Shown: positions 1 through 11,736 of the stretch, one piece after another
Position numbering within the stretch: the first letter of the stretch is position 1
How the letters are laid out: every line of letters begins with the position of its first letter
From: Utricularia gibba
Taxonomy: Eukaryota > Plantae > Magnoliophyta
Assembly (NCBI GenBank): GCA_002189035.1
Contig: NEEC01000186.1
Span: 1 to 14,977, forward strand
Direction of reading: 5' to 3'
DNA: 14,977 bases
Notes under the pieces: model-generated
Told to the model about the DNA's origin: nothing
Database searches by the model: none
Seen by the model: only the letters and a program-made list of their open reading frames with translations
Translations under genes and position numbers: made by a program

Positions 1-33
1 ACCTGCTCGATACCGTTGCCCCACGAGAGCGCC

Positions 34-3000
34 TTATCAAATATAAAGCATGCGGTTGAGAAAACCATTTTGGGTGCTCATGACATCCTAACTTCAATAA
101 GTGCATCACGATTTTCGTCGAGTAGGACCGATGTGGCAAAGGAGTCAGACCGAACCTTGGGTCAGAACGAAGTTCACAACGACATCACCCGCCAAAAACG
201 AAAAAGCTTTTCCTTGAGAAACCATGTAGGCAGCCAATTAAAACCCAACGTTAAGAAATGCATCAAGTTTTTTGCCGAGCTACAAATGACTATGGGCCGA
301 GCTCGACTCGACCTCCTGCTCGATACCGTTGCCCCACGAGAGCGCCTCCTCAGATATAAAGCATGCGGTTGAGAAAACCATTTTGGGTGCTTATGACATC
401 CTAACTTCAATAAGTGCAGCACGATTTTCGTCGAGTAGGACCCGATGTGGCAAAGGAGTCAGACCGAACCTTGGGTCAGAACGAAGTTCACAACGACATC
501 ACCCGCCCAAAAACGACAAGCTTTTCCTTGAGAAACCATGTAGGCACCAATTAAACCCAACGTTAAGAAATGCATCAAGTTTTTTGCCGAGCTACAAATG
601 ACTATGGGCCCGAGCTCGACTCGACCTCCTTCTCGATACCGTTGCCCACGAGAGCGCCTATCAGATATAAAGCATGCGGTTGAGAAAACCATTTTGGGTG
701 CTCATGACATCCTAACTTCAATAAGTGCATCACGATTTTCGTCGAGTAGGACCCGATGTGGAAAGGAGTCAGACCGAACTTGGGTCAGAACGAAGTTCAC
801 AACGACATCACCGCCCAAAAACGACAAGCTTTTCCTTGAGAAACCATGTAGGCAGCCAATTAAAACCCAACGTTAAGAAATGCATCAAGTTTTTTTGCCG
901 AGCCACAAATGACTATGGGCCCGAGCTCGACTCGACCACTGCTCGATACCGTTGCCCACGAGAGCGCCTTATCAAATATAAAGCATGCGGTTGAGAAAAC
1001 CATTTTGGGTGCTCATGACATCCTAACTTCAATAAGTGCATCACGATTTTCGTCGAGTAGGACCCGATGTGGCAAAGGAGTCAGACCGAACCTTGGGTCA
1101 GAACGAAGTTCACAACGACATCACCCGCCCAAAAACGAAAAGGTTTTCCTTGAAAAACCATGTAGGCAGCCAATTAAAACCCAACGTTAATAAATGCATC
1201 ATGTTTTTTGCCGAGCTACAAATGACTATGGGCCCGAGCTCGACTCGACCTCCTTCTCGATACCGTTGCCCCACGAGAGCGCCTCTCAGATATAAAGCAT
1301 GCGGTTGAGAAAACCATTTTGGGTGCTTATGACATCTAACTTCAATAAGTGCATCACGATTTTCGTCGAGTAGGACCCGATGTGGCAAAAGGAGTCAGAC
1401 CGAACCTTGGGTCAGAACGAAGTTCACAACGACATCACCAGCCAAAAACGACAAGCTTTTCTTGAGAAACCATGTAGGCAGCCAATTAAAACCCAACGTT
1501 AAGAAATGCATCAAGTTTTTTGCCGAGCCACAAATGACTATGGGCCCGAGCTCGACTCGACCACTGCTCGATACCGTTGCCCCACGAGAGCGCCTTATCA
1601 AATATAAAGCATGCGGTTGAGAAAACCATTTTGGGTGCTCATGACATCCTAACTTCAATAAGTGCATCACGATTTTCGTCGAGTAGGACCCGATGTGGCA
1701 AAGGAGTCAGACCGAACCTTGGGTCAGAACGAAGTTCACAACGACATCACCCCCCAAAAAGACAAGGTTTTCCTTGAAAAACCATGTAGGCAGCCAATTA
1801 AAACCCAACGTTAAGAAATGCATCAAGTTTTTTGCCGAGCTACAAATGACTATGGGCCCGAGCTCGACTCGACCTCCTTCTCGATACCGTTGCCCACGAG
1901 AGCGCCTCCTCAGATATAAAGCATGCGGTTGAGAAAACCATTTTGGGTGCTTATGACATCCTAACTTCAATAAGTGCAGCACGATTTTCGTCGAGTAGGA
2001 CCCGATGTGGCAAAAGGAGTCAGACCGAAACCTTGGGTCAGAACGAAGTTCACAACGACATCACCCGCCCAAAAACGAAAAAGCTTTTCCTTGAGAAACC
2101 ATGTAGGCAGCCAATTAAAACCCAACGTTAATAAAATGCATCAAGTTTTTTGCCGAGCTACAAATGACTATGGGCCCGAGCTCGACTCGACCTCCTTCTC
2201 GATACCGTTGCCCACGAGAGCGCCTCTCAGATATAAAGCATGCGGTTGAGAAAACCATTTTGGGTGCTTATGACATCCTAACTTCAATAAGTGCATCACG
2301 ATTTCGTCGAGTAGGACCGATGTGGAAAGGAGTCAGACCGAACCTTGGTCAGAACCAAGTTCACAACGACATCACCAGCCAAAAACGACAAGCTTTTCCT
2401 TGAGAAACCATGTAGGCAGCCAATTAAACCCAACGTTAAGAAATGCATCAAGTTTTTGCCGAGCCACAAATGACTATGGGCCCGAGCTCGACTCGACCAC
2501 TGCTCGATACCGTTGCCCCACGAGAGCGCCTTATCAAATATAAAGCATGCGGTTGAGAAAACCATTTTGGGTGCTCATGACATCCTAATTCAATAAGTGC
2601 ACACGATTTTCGTCGAGTAGGACCCGATGTGGCAAAGGAGTCAGACCGAACCTTGGGTCAGAACGAAGTTCACAACGACATCACCCGCCCAAAAACGAAA
2701 GGTTTTCCTTGAGAAACCATGTAGGCAGCCAATTAAAACCCAACGTTAATAAATGCATCAAGTTTTTTGCCGAGCTACAAATGACTATGGGCCGAGCTCG
2801 ACTCGACCTCCTTCTCGATACCGTTGCCCCACGAGAGCGCCTCCTCAGATATAAAGCATGCGGTTGAGAAAACCATTTTGGGTGCTTATGACATCCTAAC
2901 TTCAATAAGTGCAGCACGATTTTCGTCGAGTAGGACCGATGTGGCAAAGGAGTCAGACCGAACTTGGGTCAGAACGAAGTTCACAACGACATCACCGCCC

Positions 3001-3473
3001 AAAAACGACAAGCTTTTCCTTGAGAAACCATGTAGGCAGCCAATTAAAACCCAACGTTAAGAAATGCATCAAGTTTTTTGCCGAGCTACAAATGACTATG
3101 GGCCCGAGCTCGACTCGACCTCCTCGATACCGTTGCCCCACGAGAGCGCCTCCTCAGATATAAAGCATGCGGTTGAGAAAACCATTTTGGGTGCTTATGA
3201 CATCCTAACTTCAATAAGTGCATCACGATTTCGTCGAGTAGGACCCGATGTGGAAAAAGGAGTCAGACCGAACCTTGGGTCAGAACGAAGTTCACAACGA
3301 CATCACCCGCCCAAAACGACAAGCTTTTCCTTGAGAAACCATGTAGGCAGCCAATTAAAACCCAACGTTAAGAAATGCATCAAGTTTTTTGCCGAGCCAC
3401 AAATGACTATGGGCCCGAGCTCGACTCGACCACCTGCTCGATACCGTTGCCCCACGAGAGCGCCTCAAATATA
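34..3473 (+). repeat. Higher-order repeat segment (3-2-3-3 monomer blocks, ~935 bp trimer)
   Basis: The variant TTATCAAAT occurs at 34, 969, 1595 and 2531 (spacings 935, 626, 936). The variant GTGCAGCACG occurs at 419, 1979 and 2914 (spacings 1560, 935), which is in phase with that pattern. Confidence 0.7.
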
Positions 3474-6034
3474 AAGCATGCGGTTGAGAAAACCATTTTG
3501 GGTGCTCATGACATCCTAACTTCAATAAGTGCATCACGATTTTCGTCGAGTAGACCCGATGTGGAAAAAGGAGTCAGACCGAACCTTGGGTCAGAACGAA
3601 GTTCACAACGACATCACCCGCCCAAAAACGACAAGCTTTTCCTTGAGAAACCATGTAGGCAGCCAATTAAAACCCAACGTTAAGAAATGCATCAAGTTTT
3701 TTGCCGAGCCACAAATGACTATGGGCCCGAGCTCGACTCGACCACCTGCTCGATACCGTTGCCCCACGAGAGCGCCTCTCAAATATAAAGCATGCGGTTG
3801 AGAAAACCATTTTGGGTGCTTATGACATCCTAACTTCAATAAGTGCATCACGATTTTCGTCGAGTAGGACCCGATGTGGCAAAGGAGTCAGACCGAACCT
3901 TGGGTCAGAACGAAGTTCACAACGACATCACCCGCCCAAAAACGACAAGCTTTTCCTTGAGAAACCATGTAGGCAGCCAATTAAAACCCAACGTTAAGAA
4001 ATGCATCAAGTTTTTTGCCGAGCCACAAATGACTATGGGCCCGAGCTCGACTCGACCACCTGCTCGATACCGTTGCCCCGAGAGCGAGCATGCGGTTGAG
4101 AAAACCATTTTGGGTGCTCATGACATCCTAACTTCAATAAGTGCATCACGATTTTCGTCGAGTAGGACCCGATGTGGCAAAGGAGTCAGACCGAACCTTG
4201 GGTCAGAACGAAGTTCACAACGACATCACCGCCCAAAAACGAAAAGCTTTTCCTTGAGTTTGCATGCTTATGAGCACTCGACCTAACCGTTGCAAGAAAG
4301 CATGCATTATGACATCCTAACTTCAATAAGTGCATCACGATTTCGTCGAGTAGGACCCGATGTGGAAAAAGGAGTCAGACCGAACCTTGGGTCAGAACGA
4401 AGTTCACAACGACATCACCCGCCCAAAAACGACAAGCTTTTCCTTGAGAAACCATGTAGGCAGCCAATTAAAACCCAACGTTAAGAAATGCATCAAGTTT
4501 TTTGCCGAGCCACAAATGACTATGGGCCCGAGCTCGACTCGACCTCCTTCTCGATACCGTTGCCCCACGAGAGCGCCTCCTCAGATATAAAGCATGCGGT
4601 TGAGAAAACCATTTTGGGTGCTTATGACATCCTAACTTCAATAAGTGCATCACGATTTCGTCGAGTAGGACCCGATGTAGGAGTCAGACCGAACCTTGGG
4701 TCAGAACGAAGTTCACAACGACATCACCCGCCCAAAAACGACAAGCTTTTCCTTGAGAAACCATGTAGGCAGCCAATTAAAACCCAACGTTAAGAAATGC
4801 ATCAAGTTTTTTGCCGAGCCACAAATGACTATGGGCCCGAGCTCGACTCGACCACCTTCGATACCGTTGCCCCACGAGAGCGCCTCCTCAGATATAAAGC
4901 ATGCGGTTGAGAAAACCATTTTGGGTGCCATGACATCCTAACGATCACGATTTTCGTCGAGTAGGACCCGATGTGGCAAAGGAGTCAGACCGAACCTTGG
5001 GTCAGAACGAAGTTCACAACGACATCACCGTTTTCCTTGAGAAACCATGTAGGCAGCCAATTAAAACCCAACGTTAAGAAATGCATCAAGTTTTTTGCCG
5101 AGCTACAAATGACTATGGGCCCGAGCTCGACTCGACCTCCTTCTCGATACCGTTGCCCCACGAGAGCGCCTCCTCAGATATAAAGCATGCGGTTGAGAAA
5201 ACCATTTTGGGTGCTTATGACATCCTAACTTCAATAAGTGCATCACGATTTTCGTCGAGTAGGACCCGATGTGGAAAAAGGAGTCAGACCGAACCTTGGG
5301 TCAGAACGAAGTTCACAACGACATCACCCGCCCAAAAACGACAAGCTTTTCCTTGAGAAACCATGTAGGCAGCCAATTAAAACCCAACGTTAAGAAATGC
5401 ATCAAGTTTTTTGCCGAGCCACAAATGACTATGGGCCCGAGCTCGACTCGACCTCCTTCTCGATACCGTTGCCCACGAGAGCGCCTCCTCAGATATAAAG
5501 CATGCGGTTGAGAAAACCATTTTGGGTGCTTATGACATCCTAACTTCAATAAGTGCATCACGATTTTCGTCGAGTAGGACCCGATGTGGCAAAGGAGTCA
5601 GACCGAACCTTGGGTCAGAACGAAGTTCACAACGACATCACCGCCCAAAAACGACAAGCTTTTCCTTGAGAAACCATGTAGGCAGCCAATTAAAACCCAA
5701 CGTTAAGAAATGCATCAAGTTTTTTGCCGAGCCACAAATGACTATGGGCCCGAGCTCGACTCGACCTCCTTCTCGATACCGTTGCCCCACGAGAGCGCCT
5801 CCTCAGATATAAAGCATGCGGTTGAGAAAACCATTTTGGGTGCTTATGACATCCTAACTTCAATAAGTGCATCACGATTTTCGTCGAGTAGGACCCGATG
5901 TGGAAAAAGGAGTCAGACCGAACTTGGGTCAGAACGAAGTTCACAACGACATCACCCGCCCAAAAACGACAAGCTTTTCCTTGAGAAACCATGTAGGCAG
6001 CCAATTAAAACCCAACGTTAAGAAATGCATCAAG

Positions 6035-9000
6035 TTTTGCCGAGCACAAATGACTACCCGAGCTCGACTCGACCAATACCGTTGCCCACGAGAGCAAGAT
6101 ATAAAGCATGCGGTTGAGAAAACCATTTTGGGTGCTCATGACATGTGCATCACGAAGTAGGACCCGATGTGGAGGCAGACCGAATTAGAAACCCGACACG
6201 TTTTCCTTGAGAAACCATGTAGGCAGCCAATGCATCAAGTTTTTTGCCGAGCCACAAATGACTATGGGCCCGAGCTCGACTCGACCACCTGCTCGATACC
6301 GTTGCCCACGAGAGCGCCGCATGCGGTTGAGAAAACCATTTTGATGACATCGTGCATCACGATTTTCGTCGAGTAGGACCCGATGTGGAAAAAGGAGTCA
6401 GATTGGGTCAGAACGAAGTTCACAACGACATTTGAGAAACCATGTAGGCAGCCAATTAAAACCCAACGTTAAGAGCATCAAGTTTTTTGCCGAGCCACAA
6501 ATGACTATGGGCCCGAGCTCGACTCGACCTATAAAGCATGCATACCACGAGAGAGCTAACTCAGATCAGATGCATCAATTTTCGCGGTTGTAGAAAACCC
6601 GATTGGGTGGAAAAATCAGACCGATAAGTGCATCACGATCGTCGAGTAGGACCCGAAAAAAGGAGTCAGACCGAACTTGGGTCAGAACAAGTTCACAACG
6701 ACATCACCCGCCCAAAAACGACAAGCTTTTCCTTGAGAAACCATGTAGGCAGCCAATTAAAAACCATCAACCTTGAAAAACCATACATCAAGTTTTTTTG
6801 CCGTGCATCACGCGTCGAGTAGGACAAATCAGACTATTTTTTGAGCCATCAGACTCGAGCCGACCTCGACTCGACCTTCGATACCGTTGCCCCACGAGAG
6901 CGCCTCCTCAGATATAAAGCATGCGGTTGAGAAAACCATATGACATCCTAACTTCAATAAGTGCATCACGATTTTCGTCGAGTAGGACCCGATGTCAGAT
7001 CAGATGACATTTTTCGTGTAGGCAGCCAATTGTTAAGAAATGCATCAAGTTTTTTGCCGAGCCACAAATGACTATGGGCCCGAGCTCGACTCGAATAAGT
7101 GCATGCAGGATGACATCCTAACTTCAATAAGTGCATCACGATTTCGTCGAGTAGGACCCGATGTGGAAAAAGGAGTCAGACCGAACCTTGGGTCAGAACG
7201 AAGTTCACAACGACATCACCCGCCCAAAAACGACAAGCTTTTCCTTGAGAAACCATGTAGGCAGCCAATTAAAACCCAACGTTAAGAAATGCATCAAGTT
7301 TTTTGCCGAGCCACAAATGACTATGGGCCCGAGCTCGACTCGACCACCTGCTCGATACCGTTGCCCCACGAGAGCGCCTCCTCAGATATAAAGCATGCGG
7401 TTGAGAAAACCATTATGACATCCTAACTTCAATAAGTGCATCACGATTTTCGTCGAGTAGGACCCGATGTGGAAAAAGGAGTCAGACCGAACCTTGGGTC
7501 AGAACGAAGTTCACAACGACATCACCGCCCAAAAACGACAAGCTTTTCCTTGAGAAACCATGTAGGCAGCCAATTAAAACCCAACGTTAAGAAATGCATC
7601 AAGTTTTTTGCCGAGCCACAAATGACTATGGGCCCGAGCTCGACTCGACCACCTGCTCGATACCGTTGCTGCATGCGGTTGAGAAAACCATTTTGGGTGC
7701 TCATGACATCCTAACTTCAATAAGTGCATCACGATTTTCGTCGAGTAGGACCCGATGTGGAAAAAGGAGTCAGACCGAACCTTGGGTCAGAACGAAGTTC
7801 ACAACGACATCACCGCCCAAAAACGACAAGCTTTTCCTTGAGAAACCATGTAGGCAGCCAATTAAAACCCAACGTTAAGAAATGCATCAAGTTTTTTGCC
7901 GAGCCACAAATGACTATGGGCCCGAGCTCGACTCGACCACCATAACGAGAGCGAGCATTTGAGAAAACCATTATGACATCCTAACTTCAATAAGTGCAGC
8001 ACGATTTTCGTCGAGTAGGACCCGATGTGGCAAAGGAGTCAGACCGAACTTGGTCAGAACGAAGTTCACAACGACATTTTTCCTTGAGAAACCATGTAGG
8101 CAGCCAATTAAAACCCAACGTTAAGAAATGCATCAAGTTTTTTGCCGAGCTACAAATGACTATGGGCCCGAGCTCGACTCGACCTCCTTCTCGATACCGT
8201 TGCCCCACGAGAGCGCCTCCTCAGATATAAAGCATGCGGTTGAGAAAACCATTTTGGGTGCTTATGACATCCTAACTTCAATAAGTGCATCACGATTTCG
8301 TCGAGTAGGACCCGATGTGGAAAAAGGAGTCAGACCGAACTTGGGTCAGAACGAAGTTCACAACGACATCACCCGCCCAAAAACGACAAGCTTTTCCTTG
8401 AGAAACCATGTAGGCAGCCAATTAAAACCCAACGTTAAGAAATGCATCAAGTTTTTTGCCGAGCCACAAATGACTATGGGCCCGAGCTCGACTCGACCCT
8501 ATACCGTTGCCCCACGAGAGCGCGGCAGATATGACATCCTAACTTCAATAAGTGCATCACGATTTTCGTCGAGTAGGACCCGATGTGGAAAAAGACCGTT
8601 GCAGAACCGACATTGGGTCAAATTATTAAGAAATGCATCAAGTTTTTTGCCGAGCCACGACTATCAAAATAATCACAATTTTCATGACATCCTAACTTCC
8701 ATCACGATTTTCGTCGAGTAGGACCCGATGTGGAAAGGAGTCAGACCGAACCTTGGGTCAGAACGAAGTTCACAACGACATCACTTAGAAACCCAGCCAA
8801 TGTTAAGAAATGCATCAAGTTTTTTGCCGAGCCACAAATGACTATGGGCCCGAGCTCGACTCGACCACATACCGTTGCTCAAATATAAAGCATGCGGTTG
8901 AGAAAACCATTTTGGGTGCTGACATCCTAACTTCACAGACGATTTTCGTCGCCGATGTGGCCAGACCGAACCTTGGGTCAGATTCATCAAAAAACGACAT

Positions 9001-10640
9001 TTTCCTTGAGAAACCATGTAGTTAAAACCCAACGTTAAGAAATGCATCAAGTTTTTTTTTGGGCCCGAGCTCGACTCGAATACCGACGATCCTCAATATA
9101 AAGCATGCGGTTGAGAAAACCATTTTGGGTGCTCATGACAGTGCATCACGATTTTCGTCGAGTAGGACCCGATGTGGCAAAGGAGTCAGACCGAACCTTG
9201 GGTCAGAACGAAGTTCGACATCACTTTTCCTTGAGAAACCATGTAGGCAGCCAACGTTAAGGCATCAAGTCCGAGACAAATGACTATGAGCTCGACTCGA
9301 CCCATAAACGACAAGAAACCATTTTCTTATGACATCCTAACTTCAATAAGTGCATCACGATTTCGTCGAGTAGGACCCGATGTGGAAAAAGGAGTCAGAC
9401 CGAACCTTGGGTCAGAACGAAGTTCACAACGACATCACGCCCAAAAACGACAAGCTTTTCCTTGAGAAACCATGTAGGCAGCCAATTAAAACCCAACGTT
9501 AAGAAATGCATCAAGTTTTTTGCCGAGCCACAAATGACTATGGGCCCGAGCTCGACTCGACCACCTGCTCGATACCGTTGCCCCACGAGAGCGCCTTATC
9601 AAATATAAAGCATGCGGTTGAGAAAACCATTTTGGGTGCTCATGACATCCTAACTTCAATAAGTGCATCACGATTTTCGTCGAGTAGGACCCGATGTGGC
9701 AAAGGAGTCAGACCGAACCTTGGGTCAGAACGAAGTTCACAACGACATCACCCGCCCAAAAACGAAAAGCTTTTCCTTGAGAAACCATGTAGGCAGCCAA
9801 TTAAAACCCAACGTTAAGAAATGCATCAAGTTTTTTGCCGAGCTACAAATGACTATGGGCCCGAGCTCGACTCGAATACCATCCTCAGATATAAAGCAAG
9901 AAAACCATTATGACATCCTAACTTCAATAAGTGCATCACGATTTTCGTCGAGTAGGACCCGATGTGGCAAAGGAGTCAGACCGAACCTTGGGTCAGAACG
10001 AAGTTCACAACGACATCACCGCCCAAAAACGACAAGCTTTTCCTTGAGAAACCATGTAGGCAGCCAATTAAAACCCAACGTTAAGAAATGCATCACCGAG
10101 CGACTGAGATACCGTTGCCTCCTCAGATATAAAGCATGCGGTTGAGAAAACCATTTTGGGTGCTTATGACATCCTAACTTCAATAAGTGCATCACGATTT
10201 TCGTCGAGTAGGACCCGATGTGGAAAAAGGAGTCAGACCGAACTTGGGTCAGAACGAAGTTCACAACGACATGCCCAAAAACGACAAGCTTTTCCTTGAG
10301 AAACCATGTAGGCAGCCAATTAAAACCCAACGTTAAGAAATGCATCAAGTTTTTTGCCGAGCTACAAATGACTATGGCCCGAGCTCGACTCGACCTCCTT
10401 CTCGATACCGTTGCCCCACGAGAGCGCCTCCTCAGATATAAAGCATGCGGTTGAGAAAACCATTTTGGGTGCTTATGACATCCTAACTTCAATAAGTGCA
10501 TCACGATTTTCGTCGAGTAGGACCCGATCTCAGACTCAGAACCTCACTGAAAAACAGCCAATTAAAACCCAACGTTAAGAAATGCATCAAGTTTTTTGCC
10601 GAGCCACAAATGACTATGAGCTCGGGATGTAGATAGCATG
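6035..10640 (+). repeat. Zone of truncated or scrambled monomers interspersed with intact ones
   Basis: Monomer start spacings drop to ~160-300 bp (for example 6104, 6317, 6534; 8888, 9101; 10441, 10635). Patchwork stretches built from monomer fragments occur at about 6540-6630, 6765-6870, 8590-8710, 8930-9000, 9260-9330 and 10525-10560. Confidence 0.85.
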
Positions 10641-11576
10641 CGGTTGAGAAAACCATTTTGGGTGCTCATGACATCCTAACTTCAATAAGTGCATCACGAT
10701 TTTCGTCGAGTAGGACCCGATGTGGAAAAAGGAGTCAGACCGAACCTTGGGTCAGAACGAAGTTCACAACGACATCACCCGCCCAAAAACGACAAGCTTT
10801 TCCTTGAGAAACCATGTAGGCAGCCAATTAAAACCCAACGTTAAGAAATGCATCAAGTTTTTTGCCGAGCTACAAATGACTATGGGCCCGAGCTCGACTC
10901 GACCTCCTTCTCGATACCGTTGCCCCACGAGAGCGCCTCCTCAGATATAAAGCATGCGGTTGAGAAAACCATTTTGGGTGCTTATGACATCCTAACTTCA
11001 ATAAGTGCATCACGATTTTCGTCGAGTAGACCCGATGTGGAAAAGGAGTCAGACCGAACTTGGGTCAGAACGAAGTTCACAACGACATCACCCGCCCAAA
11101 AACGACAAGCTTTTCCTTGAGAAACCATGTAGGCAGCCAATTAAAACCCAACGTTAAGAAAATGCATCAAGTTTTTTGCCGAGCCACAAATGACTATGGG
11201 CCCGAGCTCGACTCGACCCCTTGCTCGATACCGTTGCCCCACGAGAGCGCCTCCTCAATATAAAGCATGCGGTTGAGAAAACCATTTTGGGTGCTTATGA
11301 CATCCTAACTTCAATAAGTGCATCACGATTTTCGTCGAGTAGGACCCGATGTGGAAAAAGGAGTCAGACCGAACTTGGGTCAGAACGAAGTTCACAACGA
11401 CATCACCCGCCCAAAAACGACAAGCTTTTCCTTGAGAAACCATGTAGGCAGCCAATTAAAACCCAACGTTAAGAAATGCATCAAGTTTTTTGCCGAGCAC
11501 AAATGACTATGGGCCCGAGCTCGACTCGACCTCCTTCTCGATACCGTTGCCCCACGAGAGCGCCTCCTCAGATATA

Positions 11577-11736
11577 AAGCATGCGGTTGAGAAAACCATT
11601 TTGGGTGCTTATGACATCCTAACTTCAATAAGTGCATCACGATTTTCGTCGAGTAGGACCCGATGTGGAAAAAGGAGTCAGACCGAACCTTGGGTCAGAA
11701 CGAAGTTCACAACGACATCACCCGCCCAAAAACGAC
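11577..11736 (+). repeat. Subunit A (160 bp) of the dimeric monomer
   Basis: Begins AAGCATGCGGTTGAGAAAACCATTTTGG and aligns by hand to subunit B at 53/77 identical columns over the first 77 nt, with one gap. Confidence 0.85.

Noticed and set aside
11643-11662. CENP-B box-like motif TTTCGTCGAGTAGGACC
   Set aside because: Only TTCG matches. The essential A and CGGG positions of the CENP-B box are missing.
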